Origin: Nitrosopumilaceae archaeon
Lineage (GTDB): Archaea; Thermoproteota; Nitrososphaeria; Nitrososphaerales; Nitrosopumilaceae
Direction: 5' to 3'
DNA length: 64,000 nucleotides
Assembly (NCBI GenBank): GCA_965209085.1
Contig: OZ242376.1
Coordinates: 672,001-736,000 of the forward strand
Every line of letters starts with the position of its first letter. Within the stretch, counting starts at the first letter, position 1. The translations under genes and the position numbers were made by a program. This document shows, piece by piece, positions 46,301-52,987 of the stretch. Under the pieces are notes generated by a model. The model did not search any database. It saw only the letters and a program-made list of their open reading frames with translations, and was not told the origin of the DNA.

Positions 46301-49300
46301 AATAGACAAAAGTATACCTGGCGTGAGCAATCTAACCGTATACAGCAGCAATCAGAATGCATCGTTTGCAAAGGCCGGAGATGTGATAAACATTACCCTG
46401 CGTGCATCAGAGCAAATCAACAATGTGACCCTGTTAATCCTCAACAGCGCCATCAACATGAACATAACAAACGATACTGCCACTGCAAACTATACGGTTG
46501 AACAAAATGACACAAACGGACCTGTATCATTTAACATTACAGCATATGATAATACTGGCCACGAGTTTATCGTAACACAAAGCAGCATTACAACCGGCAG
46601 CGTTACAATTGATACAGCAGATCCGCAGTTGCAAACCCTGACCATATACAGCAACAACCCCATAACCGATCATGCAAAAACGGGACATTTGCTAAACATT
46701 ACAATCACCGCAAACGAGGCACTACGGGGGGCAAACGTCACTGTTCTAAATGCCACATATGTGATGACCATAAACGGCACCACGGCAAACGCATCCCTGA
46801 CTGTAAATGCAAACAATACGGACGGACAAGTCACATTTAACATCACAGCATTTGATCTTGCAGGAAACAGCCTTGTAACAAACCAGACGCAGCTAAACTC
46901 CTCAAACGTCACAATAGACAACACAAACCCCGAACTGACAAACCTGACCATATACAGCAGCAACCCTGATGCATCACTTGCAACCACAGGCGACACACTA
47001 AACATTACAATCACCGCAAACGAGGCACTACAGGGGGCAAACGTCACTGTTCTAAATGCCACATATGTGATGACCATAAACGGCACCACGGCAAACGCAT
47101 CACTGACTGTAAATGCAAACAATACGGACGGACAAGTCACATTTAACATCACAGCATTTGATCTTGCAGGAAACAGCCTTGTAACAAACCAGACGCAGCT
47201 AAACTCCTCAAACGTCACAATAGACAAAAGTATACCTGGCGTGAGCAATCTAACCGTATACAGCAGCAATCAGAATGCATCGTTTGCAAAGGCCGGAGAT
47301 GTGATAAACATTACCCTGCGTGCATCAGAGCAAATCAACAATGTGACCCTGTTAATCCTCAACAGCGCCATCAACATGAACATAACAAACGATACTGCCA
47401 CTGCAAACTATACGGTTGAACAAAATGACACAAACGGACCTGTATCATTTAACATTACAGCATATGATAATACTGGCAACGAGTTTATCGTAACACAAAG
47501 CAGCATTACAACCCGCAGCGTTACAATTGATACAGCAGATCCGCAGTTGCAAACCCTGACCATATACAGCAACAACCCCATAACCGATCATGCAAAAACG
47601 GGACATTTGCTAAACATTACAATCACCGCAAACGAGGCACTACGGGGGGCAAACGTCACTGTTCTAAATGCCACATATGTGATGACCATAAACGGCACCA
47701 CGGCAAACGCATCCCTGACTGTAAATGCAAACAATACGGACGGACAAGTCACATTTAACATCACAGCATTTGATCTTGCAGGAAACAGCCTTGTAACAAA
47801 CCAGACGCAGCTAAACTCCTCAAACGTCACAATAGACAACACAAACCCCGAACTGACAAACCTGACCATATACAGCAGCAACCCTGATGCATCACTTGCA
47901 ACCACAGGCGACACACTAAACATTACAATCACCGCAAACGAGGCACTACAGGGGGCAAATGTCACTGTTCTAAATGACACATATGTGATGACCATAAACG
48001 GCACCACGGCAAACGCATCCCTGACTGTAAATGCAAACAATACGGACGGACAAGTCACATTTAACATCACAGCATTTGATCTTGCAGGAAACAGTCTGAC
48101 GACAAATCAGACGCATCTGGACTCTTCAAACGTCACAATAGATCACAGCATACCTGGAGTGGGCAGCCTGACCATATACAGCAGCAACGCCAATCAATCG
48201 CTTGCAAAAGCTGGAGACGTGATAAACATTACCCTGCAGGCAACAAAGCCAATCCAAAATGCAATCCTGATAATTCTAAACGACACCATCAACATGAACG
48301 TAACAAATGATACAGCCTCTGCCATCATCACGGTTCTACAAATCACCGCAAACGGACCTGTATCATTCAACATTACTGCGCATGACATTGTAGGCAACGC
48401 ATTTACAGTATCAGAGAACAGTCTCCCATCCGGCAGCGTCACAATCGATACAATCAATCCAGAGCTGACAAACCTGACCATATACAGCGACAATTTCAGA
48501 ACAGATTATGCAAAAACAAACCACATGCTAAACATTACAATTACTGCAAACGAGACCCTCTCTTTTGCAAACATTACGGTTCTAGGCAACACCCATGCGA
48601 TGAGCGTAAACGGCAGTACTGCAAATACAACCCTGACTGTAAATGACAGCCATGCAGAAGGGCCTGTAACATTCAACATTACCGCATTTGATCTTGCAGG
48701 AAACAGTCTGATGACAAATCAGACGCATCTGGACTCTTCAAACGTCACAATAGACAAAACAGATCCGCATCTGACAAACCTGACCATATACAGCGACAAC
48801 TCCAACTCGTCACTTGCAAAGGCAGGAAATGTGATAAACATAACTCTTCAGGCATCAGAAAAAATCTGGAATGCAACTTTGATAATTCTAAACAACACCA
48901 TAGACATGAGCGTAACAAACGATACCGCTTTTGCAAACATTACGGTTTTGCAAAACACCACAAACGGATTGGTGGAATTTAACATTATCATATATGATAA
49001 TGCAGCCAACACGCTTGATGTGACGCACGCTGACCTTGCATCCGATAACGTCGTAATAGACACAATCGACCCGAGTCTGGTAAACCTGACCATATACAGC
49101 GACAACCCCAATCCATCCTATGCAAAAGCAGGCGATCTGATAACCATCACGTTAACTACAACTGAGCCAATCGGCAGCGTAAATGCCACCATACTAGGCA
49201 AAACCGCCAACACATCCATCAACGGTAGTGTATCTATTGCAAGTATTTTGATCGAACAGGATGCCACAAACGGTCAGATCGAATTCAAGATGGACGTATT

Positions 49301-51206
49301 TGACAACACTGGCAATGTATACGTGACTACATACACCCAATACAATCTACGGACTGGTAATGTATTTGTAGACACGGAAATACCAGTAATTGAGCTCATA
49401 CTTGATGCACATTCAGCTAGTGATCTTGATGGCAACGTTGGCGACAGAGTGAAAATAAACAACACATACAATGATCCTGGATCTCGTGTATACGATAATG
49501 ATCCCAATTATGATGGTGTAGCAAACACCACGTCAAACGTAAACGTATCTGTTATTGGAGTATATCATGTTAAATACGATGCAACAGATAATGCAGGCAA
49601 TACTGCGCAATTAGTGTACAGGACAGTATCTGTGCTAACTATTAACGGTTCAGTAAACGTAGTATTGTCATTACCCATACCAACTCCTGTAATATATTCG
49701 CACATTGCATACCTAAATACTACAAAATGGAATGAAAATAATGCTACATCTTTTAACCATAATCTAATAATATTGATAAACAACACGATGGTGATAAAAA
49801 TTGAAAATTCTACCGTATTTGATACAAACACGCAGAACATTAGAAACCTTGATTTTGACAATTTCCTCATCCACGGCTCTGTATTAAACAACAGCCGCAC
49901 AGTATCACTTGGCCATAATAATATTAAATACGATATTTCATCTAGTGCCGTAATGATTACGTTCATTAACGTTCGGGATCTATCCAATGTGCCATTTTAT
50001 TGGGAAACTTTGAACGGGCCTACCACAAATATAGCGCGATATTACAGTGACGATATCCAAAATGGCACTATCGCACATCAAATTTTATCTGATAATTCGA
50101 CATTAAATGGCAGTATGTATACGGTGGATGCTGAGAATAGGCGTATAACAGTTTGGACAACCCATCTTACCAGCTATGCAATTAATGATATTGTTATTGG
50201 CAGTAATGGCGAATCTGACAATGATAATTCTGCGCCGACCATGGGACTTGGCAGCATTGGAAACCGCCTCGTAGAGAACGGCTTTGAGTATAACGGTCTT
50301 GCCGTAAACGCAAACAGGTATTATACGGAATTCCCGTTAATTGGCACAAACGTAGGAGCATTAAACACGCTGAAAATGAAATTCTACGACAGTGCCGGAC
50401 CTGCTGGCATAAAACGGGTGGAGATTGCATTTGGCGTACCAGACATCGGATTATACCACGAGGCTGAAGCATTTGTAGAGATTTGGATGCAACGAGACGC
50501 ACTTGCAGTACAAGAGATCGTAATTGAAGACAAACTAAACATACTTGAAGATTCGGACATATCGGTAACAATTTCCGAGACGTCGTGTTCAGGTGATGCA
50601 GAACAATGCTTGTTGGTGGATCTAAAATATTCATACAAGGAATCCCCCGCATATGAGACTGTTGCAATCAAACCCGTAGACTGGGATAATGACGCCTTTC
50701 AGTTTTACTTTAACGATGGAATACACGTTTATGGGGATTCGTTAAACCTTCCAAAAGAAATTATAATAAGCAACTCGCATGCCATATCTGACAATCGGGA
50801 ACAACTGCACTTGATTCAAACTGACAGAATAAACGGAATCTGGGTGGATCAGTATGGATCAACTTGGGCGATAAACGAGAATAACATAAGACAAATTACT
50901 ACCCTGTATGAAGAGCAAAGGAGTGAAAAGAGTGCTGGCATCCTGCACGGTCCGAATCGTCATCATGAGAGTTTTGAATCTGTAAAACAGCTCGAAGTTC
51001 AAAAAGCGCAAATAGTTGTAGCAGAGTTGCTTGGTTCAGCGTACCATCTAAATCCGTTGCCCGAGCACGATAAGGGCATCTACTTTTATGCCTCGGATTC
51101 AAACGGTGATAAAGCATTTATCACGATCTTAAAACTTGAAAACGAACGCATGCAAAAACTTGCAGATGAAATGTACGGAAACCTGCACGATGATGGCGAA
51201 GACTAA
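25359..51206 (+). CDS. Giant secreted surface protein (8615 aa): about 8 LVIVD-like beta-propeller blocks alternating with DUF5011/Ig-like modules, an Asn/Thr-rich Ig-like stalk and a unique C-terminal domain
   Basis: N-terminal hydrophobic signal, blades YALVTS...GVQIINITDPSSP, modules DTxPPxITLxG...YTAxDxAGN...RTVTV, and very dense N-x-T/S sequons in the stalk. Confidence 0.9.
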   Translation: MYVVFAIMLVLLSPLPFTSPFIYDDQDISVNRAYGVENNATQTLSIIIVQDLFTYPTSSITNNAEYSLWIAQDITTVTLNDAVYALVTSVGNHSVQIINITDPSSPSAVSSIRDGHGGFDTLYRPRGITTVTLNDAVYALVTSFGDNGVQIINITDPSSPSAVSSIINGSDGFDTLHQPRGITTVTLNDAVYALVASFGDHGVQIINITDPSSPSAVSSIRDGHGGFDTLYGSIDITTVTLNDTVYALVTAFSDIGVQIINITDPSSPSAVSSIRDGFDDFDTLRNPDSITTVTLNDTVYALVTSWGNAGVQIINITDPSSPSAVSSIRDGHGGFDTLRTPRDITTVTLENATYALVISDHYLENGIQIINITDPSSPSAVYGIRDSSYGFDTLSAPRGITAVTLNDTVYALVTSADDDGVQIIRFETKEKVLSIKSSNRNPEYAKAEDTLTVKFKVNGTIDEGNATILDLNASSNFIDQDFTASITVPDTEREEYANFRAVVENNQTSSLVVTQNDLPARNIFIDTIPPTITLIGDANYTVFAGTTNPSIPGATVSDGDPKYSSDVTITPNGTLNTSKIGSVILYTYTADSDEAGNLATHVSRTVTVIDYEPLDITALTVSSTNSVNSTNYAKADDIVIIQINTTSTNITSITGSIPGGIFTPDISGNGGIIRLYKIIEQSDTNGNLTFDISVINSNDYAIRVTQDDLTSENIIIDTTAPNITLNGANNPVSILNRTYADKNATAYDLSYGYKTILPTGSVDTTSVGNYTLTYTAPDDYAGNPGNTVSRTVHVQVASPPEIVSNATQILPIAIVQGLFTYPTSSITNSAEYSLSDRLQDITTVTLNDAVYALVTSSGDNGVQIINITDPSSPSAVSSIRDGSNDFDTLNQPHSITTVTLNDTVYALVTSLGDNGVQIINITDPSSPSAVSSIRDGSNDFDTLNRPHSITTVTLNDAVYALVTSSGDNGVQIINITDPSSPSAVSSIRYGSNGFDILNRPHSITTVTLNDAVYALVTSSGDDGVQIINITDPSSPSAVFRIRDDHDGFVALDTPSSIITVTLNDTVYALVTSYREHNVQIINITDPLSPSPTSNIGRSDGAGALFYPIDITTITLKNVTYALVISWHGSCSCVQIINITDPSSPSPVYAIYDNNADFRHHSNPDGFVALGNPYSITTVTLNDTVYALVTSYEGIQIIRFETKEKALSINSNNGNSYYAKEGDTLTVKFKVNGTIDEGNATILDLNASSNFIDQDFTASITVPDTEREEYANFRAVVENNQTSSLVVTQNDLPARNIFVDTIPPTITLIGDANYTIFAGTTNQSIPGATVSDGDPNYFGRVFSSTNGTLNTSKIGSVILYTYKADSDRAGNLATPVYRTVTVIDYESLDITTLTVSSTNSVNSTNYAKAGDTVRIQINTTSTNITSITGNILGSSFTPETSGNGGIIHLNKTIKQSDTNGNLTFDIFVVNSSDYAIRVTQDDLTSGNIIIDTTAPNITLNGANNTVSLLNRTYADKNATAYDLSYGYKTILPTGSVTTTSVGNYTLTYTAPDDYAGNPGNTISRTVIVSDAAPLVLVTKLIHSPSGILTKGTDFSTDIQPENINLFETSGKTYALLAEGSSGAWIIADVTNPALPSIVYNNTFFTPALKTSIFTIDNTQYAIAAGGIGITSIIDISLPASPSIIATLVNGTDYPRLYNAQSVTTVTIGASTFALFASAHPTNGVQIIDVTNPHSPSHVSYLTDDTDGYLELGDASDITTVTIGASVYALVASYDNGIQIIDITDPYNPLPASNVTDEMDGYDELDSPSSITTVTVGSSVYALVASFNDNGIQIINITDPYNPSNASSVTDGIGGYDELDSPYGITTVTVGSSVYALVTSYFDNGVQTIDITNPYNPKPAYSFIDNTDGYENLNQPRDVITATINGAAYAFIPSTEGLQIIKLESPLVNIISNNTNPAYAKTGDTLTIQFAINDTISSHTSQILGLTPAVSISGADFSATITVPPVQTESYATFAAEVVNNDGATLSVTENDVPLASNVFIDTIGPRISLIGASSFNVPLNSTDPFIPGVTVTDGDPNYPDTFTTTIIGTLDTSTVGSVIYTYTADSDAAGNLGASINRTVSVIDYDPINITSLTVSSDNSNASGNYAKSGDVITITLVTDGSDIGNATGNIQDGNFTSNPFGGNILFEKTITNDDTNGNLTFDIYVTNSTDHAIRITQDNLTGENLIIDTIPPLLYLYGANNTVSPLGATYADDGAYSYDTSYGKQNVSGTGAVNTNSVAEYVITYAVSDWAGNQRQITRTISVEILPEISLTNQIYSFLASPTSNVTKSAAYPHLKDPRNLEIAQIGGTTYALAIGYGGSSITILDISYPQSPSLVFSANTSTANYENLNGVIGISVIQIQSKTYAVTASLFSNSVTMMDITNPASPIVTSSIVNGTNYPFLDVPYSVSTVHIDNNAYALVPSYPNNWVAILDITNPASPIHVGVMKNGTDYALNGVQYVTTVNIDGSTYVLAASRNGNNIAIINISNPASPVQVHVISDSNGVDLELYHVIRIEILHQNGRIYALATGGDNGVQIIDITHIELPFPVSAVQNENGYPALVLAQDIATIRVGNSTYALAPSKPANAVQIIDITNPQLPQPVSAIGSNTDTSYLNDPYAIETVTINGDAYAVVTSRTSNGVQIIKLEHAIESIPSAFSIASNNSNNAYAKAGDTISMQLAVNDTISSYAVQFVNPSVSVTTTSGINTINALVTIPTVSIQGYANYTVSLENSLKVTLNLTQDDIIGQNVFVDTIPPGIELIGPAQYTVFVGTQNPTIPGAKALDESPGYSVSNYTVASDPLNTSNIGDTVTYTYTANADAAGNLGASINRTVTVVDFDPIIFTSLIVNSDNSNSSYVKSGDVITITLVTDGSDIGNATGDILGDSFTAFASGGSISLTKTVTQSDTNGNLTFDIYVTNSTDHAIRITQDNLTGENLIIDTIPPLLYLYGANNTVSPLGATYADDGAYSYDTSYGKQNVSGTGAVNTNSVAEYVITYAVSDWAGNQRQITRTISVEILPEISLTNQIYSFLASPTSNVTKSAAYPHLKDPRNLEIAQIGGTTYALAIGYGGSSITILDISDPQSPSLVFSANTSTANYENLNGVIGISVIQIQSKTYAVTASLFSNSVTMMDITNPASPIVTSSIVNGTNYPFLNVPYSVSTVHIDNNAYALVPSYPNNWVAILDITNPASPIHVGVMKNGTDYALNGVQYVTTVNIDGSTYVLAASRSGNNIAIINISNPASPVQVHVISDSNGVDLELYHVIRIEILHQNGRIYALATGGDSGVQIIDITHMELPFPVSAVQNENGYPALVLARDIATIRVENSTYALAPSDSTNAVQIIDITNPQLPQPVSAIGSNTDTSYLADPYAIETVTINGDAYAVVTSRTSNGVQIIKLEHAIESIPSAFSIASNNSNNAYAKAGDTISMQLAVNDTISSYAVQFVNPSVSVTTTSGINTINALVTIPTVSIQGYANYTVSLENSFGVELNLTQDDIIGQNVFVDTIPPRIELIGPAQYTVFVGTQNPTIPGAKALDESPGYSVSNYTVTFGPLNTSNIGDTVTYTYTANADAAGNLGASINRTVTVVDFDPIIFTSLIVNSDNSNSSYVKSGDVITITLVTDGSDIGNATGDILGDSFTAFASGGSISLTKTVTQSDTNGNLTFDIYVTNSSDYAIRVTQDDLTSGNIIIDTTAPNITLNGANNTVSLLNRTYADKNATAYDLSYGYKTILPTGSVTTTSVGNYTLTYTAPDDPAGNPGNTISRTVIVSDAAPLVLVTKFIHSPSGTLTRGIDFPNAIFTNNINLFETSGKTYVLLAHGSSGAWIIADVTNPASPSAVFSNNTFASAYITSIFTIDNNPYAIAVGSTGTTRIIDISLPASPSVIATLVNGTEYPRLYNALGVTTVTIGASTFALVASGNPSNGVQIIDITNPHSPSPVSYITDDTDGYLELGGAFDITTVTIGSSVYALVASITDDGVQIINITDPYNPSNTSSVTDGNEGYDKLDGAYGITTVTVGSSVYALVASFIDDGVQIINITDPYNPSNASSATDGIGGYDTLDGPDSITTVTVGSSVYALVVSIFDEGIQTIDITNPYNPKPAYSFIDNTDGYENLNQPRDVITATINGAAYAFIPATEGLQIIKLESPPVNIISNNTNPAYAKTGDTLTIQFTINDTISSHTSQILGLTPAVSISGADFSATITVPPVQTESYATFAAEVVNNDGATLSVTENDVPLASNVFIDTIGPRISLIGASSFTVILNSTDPFIPGAIITDGDPNYPNTFTITINGTLDTGVINSTVTYTYTAAADGAGNAGSSVTRTVTVVEAEPITINSLTIASSSGTNYANANKTITVTLATDGSDLGNFTGTLLGRSFTNTTNGGSAEFTATVVSGDDGNATFSITVTNSSGSQISITNANITDGSYVTIDTIKPVIALTGGNDSVLQGETYQDPGTIVSDSNNASYAGPVSASSIDTSTLGAKTITYTGTADAAGNEPNQITRTVTVLAKPLGINSLTIESNNNVNTSFAKDGDVITVTLVANGTIGNVTGVIAGNSATYTVTGNNASATVTVDGTFTDTASVTFSITVYNEDNSTFRTFTNTNLTGSNIAIDTTAPSITLNGANNTIVIMNQPYEDPNATASDTSYATGSVQVSGAGNVNTAIVGNYTLTYTAPDDYAGNTGPIITRTVIVPDAPTINITNFTITSDNSNTSYAKAGDTLTLTLSVNDTITNYTGKILNIAPDTQTLGNNDRTFSQTLLVPTSATESYANFTATVENVNGTTLTVTENDLTGPNVFVDTIPPNITLIGLADSDIVLNSAYTDLGATARDGDPNYSGNYTSTINGTFGTATLGAIYEYTYTADADAAGNPGDSVNRTVTVVNLPFGLYDIQYNLTVYPIYDIHDSTSVNPTDYNTLKGAIDSSIVRINNSIYVLVAAFVDDGVQIINITDPESPESVYDINSVNGFGNLDQITDIVTTQIDGFTYALTISNALNEIQIINITNISLPVSLDTLRDDASTILDDPRGIDVAQIGNHTYVLVASSTDNGIQIINITDPTSLQPVSNITDSVNLNSTSAVSIVKIDGHTYAIVAARYANAIQIINITNPSSPDIVSNATYAAGYAGLSDVFDVDTIKINGFTYAVTTSKGNNGIEIINITDPLLPARISNIPNPSEFIFGHDISTMHLDGLSYVLASSFRNDTVAILDISDPTSPFIAANISDGEEYPGLDGPHSVIPVEINGYSYAVVASEFDNGVQIIRLAHNTTAVQLPNFITNTTAVQLPNFITNTNANSSYAKAGDNLTIQINANYEITSHNVTILTPGLNHTNVSNGDRLNVSITIPDDPLIESYLNFTITISNYNSSLVLTQNNLTGGDIFIDNIQPTISLVNFSNYTVLRNGLNQSIPGAVANDGSPGYAGNYTVKTNDTLNTRILDHTVLYTYTADEDAAGNPGASIDRTVTVVNPSIGVHDVQYNFTVYPVSVLFDDNLNALQGVKDVSTIKINGSTYALVTVSGDNIIQIINITDPASPEIVTAIANTENFAIRTFIDEIVTLQIDGFAYALYASFNNNTLQIINITNISSPNTLNVIRDNSTLILNRTGQIDIAIIENHTYALVTSLEDNGIQIINITNPEFPSITSNITGRLFEEPFALSVVKIDDYTYVLTANFLRDNIRITNITNPKFPELVGVYPSVIGYHGIASIDSYNIDGSTYAVTGASISNKIEIINITKPLFYTHDLQLFDAPGYFLDISITQLDGRSYLIALSPYNDTVTIFDISDPELPYVAASISDGLEYTILNKPSSLDFFEINGYSYALVTATDDNGIQIIRLEYASSTPLPILITSDNANSSFARSGDVLTVEINANDTITSYNAVILDPTLNTTVTLVGENRLIASVIVPFEYAGGSATFNIIIRNPTSSFAVTQNDLTGKNVFMAIAVVNLTISSNNHDPSFAKVGDVIDITLQVTAQIQNATLIILNNTINMNVTNDTASANVTILQNSVNGPVSFNITAYDNIGNRFTITQANLTSNNVTIDTIDPLLVNLTIYSDNYNSSLATTGNTLNITITANETLSFANITVLGNTHVMSVNGSTANTTLTVNDSHAEGPVTFNITAFDLAGNSLVTNQTQINSSNVTIDKSTPGVSNLTVYSSNQNTSLAKAGDVINITLRASEQINNVTLSILNSTIAMSITNDTATANYTVEQNDTNGPVSFSITAYDNTGNTLTVTQSDLTSENVITDTINPQLANLTIYSSNPDASLATTGDTLNITITANEALQGANVTVLNATYVMTITGTSANISLTVNPAHLDGQVTFNITIFDLAGNSLTANQTNLNSSNVTIDSTNPQLTNLTVYSGNPNTSLAKAGDVINITLRASEQINNVTLSILNSTIAMSITNDTATANYTVAQNDTNGPVSFSIAAYDNTGNTLTVTQSDLTSENVITDTINPQLANLTIYSSNPDASLATTGDTLNITITANEALQGANVTVLNATYVMTINGTSANVSLTVNPAHPDGQVTFNITAFDLAGNSLVTNQTQLNSSNVTIDNTNPELTNLTIYSSNPDASLATTGDTLNITITANEALQGANVTVLNDTYVMTINGTTANASLTVNANNTDGQVTFNITAFDLAGNSLTANQTNLNSSNVTIDNTNPELTNLTIYSSNSDASLATTGDTLNITITANEALQGANVTVLNATYMMTINGTTANASLIVNDTHPEGIVTFNITAFDLAGNSLVTNQTQLNSSNVTIDKSIPGVSNLTVYSSNQNASFAKAGDVINITLRASEQINNVTLSILNSAINMSITNDTATANYTVEQNDTNGPVSFNITAYDNTGNKFIVTQSSIITGSVTIDTADPQLQTLTIYSSNSDASLATTGDTLNITITANEALQGANVTVLNATYVMTINGTTANASLTVNANNTDGQVTFNITAFDLAGNSLVTNQTQLNSSNVTIDKSIPGVSNLTVYSSNQNASFAKAGDVINITLRASEQINNVTLLILNSAINMNITNDTATANYTVEQNDTNGPVSFNITAYDNTGHEFIVTQSSITTGSVTIDTADPQLQTLTIYSNNPITDHAKTGHLLNITITANEALRGANVTVLNATYVMTINGTTANASLTVNANNTDGQVTFNITAFDLAGNSLVTNQTQLNSSNVTIDNTNPELTNLTIYSSNPDASLATTGDTLNITITANEALQGANVTVLNATYVMTINGTTANASLTVNANNTDGQVTFNITAFDLAGNSLVTNQTQLNSSNVTIDKSIPGVSNLTVYSSNQNASFAKAGDVINITLRASEQINNVTLLILNSAINMNITNDTATANYTVEQNDTNGPVSFNITAYDNTGNEFIVTQSSITTRSVTIDTADPQLQTLTIYSNNPITDHAKTGHLLNITITANEALRGANVTVLNATYVMTINGTTANASLTVNANNTDGQVTFNITAFDLAGNSLVTNQTQLNSSNVTIDNTNPELTNLTIYSSNPDASLATTGDTLNITITANEALQGANVTVLNDTYVMTINGTTANASLTVNANNTDGQVTFNITAFDLAGNSLTTNQTHLDSSNVTIDHSIPGVGSLTIYSSNANQSLAKAGDVINITLQATKPIQNAILIILNDTINMNVTNDTASAIITVLQITANGPVSFNITAHDIVGNAFTVSENSLPSGSVTIDTINPELTNLTIYSDNFRTDYAKTNHMLNITITANETLSFANITVLGNTHAMSVNGSTANTTLTVNDSHAEGPVTFNITAFDLAGNSLMTNQTHLDSSNVTIDKTDPHLTNLTIYSDNSNSSLAKAGNVINITLQASEKIWNATLIILNNTIDMSVTNDTAFANITVLQNTTNGLVEFNIIIYDNAANTLDVTHADLASDNVVIDTIDPSLVNLTIYSDNPNPSYAKAGDLITITLTTTEPIGSVNATILGKTANTSINGSVSIASILIEQDATNGQIEFKMDVFDNTGNVYVTTYTQYNLRTGNVFVDTEIPVIELILDAHSASDLDGNVGDRVKINNTYNDPGSRVYDNDPNYDGVANTTSNVNVSVIGVYHVKYDATDNAGNTAQLVYRTVSVLTINGSVNVVLSLPIPTPVIYSHIAYLNTTKWNENNATSFNHNLIILINNTMVIKIENSTVFDTNTQNIRNLDFDNFLIHGSVLNNSRTVSLGHNNIKYDISSSAVMITFINVRDLSNVPFYWETLNGPTTNIARYYSDDIQNGTIAHQILSDNSTLNGSMYTVDAENRRITVWTTHLTSYAINDIVIGSNGESDNDNSAPTMGLGSIGNRLVENGFEYNGLAVNANRYYTEFPLIGTNVGALNTLKMKFYDSAGPAGIKRVEIAFGVPDIGLYHEAEAFVEIWMQRDALAVQEIVIEDKLNILEDSDISVTISETSCSGDAEQCLLVDLKYSYKESPAYETVAIKPVDWDNDAFQFYFNDGIHVYGDSLNLPKEIIISNSHAISDNREQLHLIQTDRINGIWVDQYGSTWAINENNIRQITTLYEEQRSEKSAGILHGPNRHHESFESVKQLEVQKAQIVVAELLGSAYHLNPLPEHDKGIYFYASDSNGDKAFITILKLENERMQKLADEMYGNLHDDGED
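25578..26630 (+). repeat. 162-bp tandem blade repeats (first propeller)
   Basis: ATTACCACCGTTACTTTGAATGA recurs at 25578, 25740 and onward with a 162-bp period. A second array lies at ~27880-28950. Confidence 0.9.
31791..36480 (+). repeat. 2250-bp near-identical tandem duplication inside the giant gene
   Basis: TATGYAAAGTCYGGCGATGTG at 31791, 34041 and 36291. Antisense ORF pairs are offset by 2250. Confidence 0.9.
43270..49380 (+). repeat. Array of ~306-bp Ig-like stalk repeats
   Basis: Repeated NLTIYSSN...A(K/T)xGDxxNIT...FNITA(F/Y)DxxGN...NVTID units. Confidence 0.85.
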
Positions 51207-51264
51207 GTATGATGACGCATTTTATAAACAAATATTTTACAAACAAAACTCTCTATCATTCGAG

Positions 51265-51438
51265 TACGCAGTTGCATAACCTGCCTAACCTGCACATTTG
51301 ACAATAATCTCATCTAAACAAATAGATCACCCCCCGGATATGGTGATTATCGTTGAAAACAAAACCTGCCAGAGATGATTCCGTATTGGAGTGAAAACAT
51401 GTAAGCAAGTCCGATGCACTTGAAGTGTTGGCAGACCC
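51265..51438 (+). repeat. 174-bp non-coding repeat of unknown element family
   Basis: The left part is repeated at 16257-16392. The right ~50 bp is repeated inverted at 52988-53035. Confidence 0.65.
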
Positions 51439-51555
51439 TAGGGTTCGTGATCCTTGAGACCTTTGGAGTGAGTGGGGGTATCTGAGCTGCTGTGTTTCTT
51501 GGCTTTGAGCCCTGATAGGTGAGTGCAGCTTTTCAGCCGACAAAGGAAAAAGGAG

Positions 51556-52600
51556 GTGAAAAACATTGGAATTGACATTGGAAAAAAGACATGCGTAGTG
51601 TGTATTGTAGATGATTTTGGTAAAATACTAGAGGAGACAAAATACAACAATACCAGAAAAGATGCCAAAAAATTTGCCATACGTGTCAAAAAAAAAAGTA
51701 CAAAGCGTGCAGAGCAGTATGCGAATCCACCGCCAACATGTGGATAAAGACATCGAAGAATTTGAAGTTCAGAAAATATCTATAAAACTAGCAAATCCGT
51801 TTAAAACAAAGGCTATAGCACAGGCAAAAATAAAGACCGACAAGCTTGATGCAAGAGTCTTGGCACAACTGTGCAGAACGGATTTTGTGGCCGAATGCTA
51901 TGTGGTATCTATAAGAAATCCTGCGAAAATCGGGATCTTCTCAGGCATAGAATACGACTAGTGGAAGATCAGACAAAAGTAAAAGCAAGAGTAATCAGCA
52001 TACTGGACAAATACGACTTAACCAATACAGAAAAGCACGTTTGGCGTACATGGTATTGCATGGCTCAAAAAACAACAATACGATAACGGCAAAGGCAAGG
52101 CGATAATATTATCATGCATAAGACAGATTGAGCATATAGATTCAGAGATTGGTATGACAGAAGAACTCATCAGAGCAGAAGCAAAACATGACCAGTACGC
52201 CAAAACAATGAGTATGATCGGATTTGATTATTTTGGAGCCATGCTGCTTGCAACGGAAATTGATCGCATTGACAGATTTGATACGCCAAAACAACTTGTC
52301 TCATGGTCTGGTATGTGTCCTACAGTACACCAGTCTGGAGATTCGTTATATCATGGCAAGATGAAAAAAGATTCAAACCGTAAAGTGAACTGGATGTTGA
52401 CGCAGGCTGCAAACTCTGCGATAAGAGCGGATGGGAGGATGAAAAAATACTATCAACGCATACACAAAAAACATCCACACTCGGTGGCAGTAACACACGT
52501 TGCAAACAAAATGATAACGATAATCTGGCACATGCTGACAAACGATAAACCATACGATGTAAAACCAAAACTCTACGCTCAAAAGATCAACTGTGCATAA
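51556..52600 (+). pseudogene. IS110 family C transposase, multiply frameshifted
   Basis: GGAG-GTG start, KNIGIDIGKK, KIKTDKLDA, GMCPTVHQSG, AVTHVANKM across several frames. Confidence 0.85.
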
Positions 52601-52619
52601 GGATTAGGCTGATTGGCAA

Positions 52620-52985
52620 CGAGGAATCAACCATTGTGTCCGGATTGCTTACATAGGTGTTTTTCTGAAAGATGGCATTCTCTGCCAAGATGTTTATGTT
52701 GTATATGGAGGTTAGCCCATCCTCCATTACCCTGTATGAGTCATTGGCATATTGTTGTCTCTTTTACACCAAATTCCTCGCCAATCTCCTCCATTGTTTT
52801 GCCCTGTTTTCTTTTAATCCATGAGAGAAGACGCTGTTTTTGCAACTGGAATCTTTTCTTTTGCATGACAATTTCCAAGATATGCGTTGAGTTGTTTGCT
52901 TAGATTGTCCATATTGTGATGGATGTTGTACCGATCAAAAAGTTTTACTGTTTATGCAATATGAAAAGACTTTTGCTCATGACTA
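52620..52985 (-). pseudogene. 5' relic of an IS630-like element
   Basis: HTH-like GKTMEEIGEEFGVKETTICQ* on the minus strand, with a TA-flanked end at ~52985. Confidence 0.45.
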
Positions 52986-52987
52986 TA

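Noticed and set aside
25433-51117. Many antisense ORFs inside the giant gene
   Set aside because: They are shadows of the repetitive sense frame and repeat with the same periods.
51271-51285. GTTGCATA-ACC as another IS110-A junction
   Set aside because: The sequence after ACC is not the IS left end, and the motif is internal to the repeat shared with 16257-16392.
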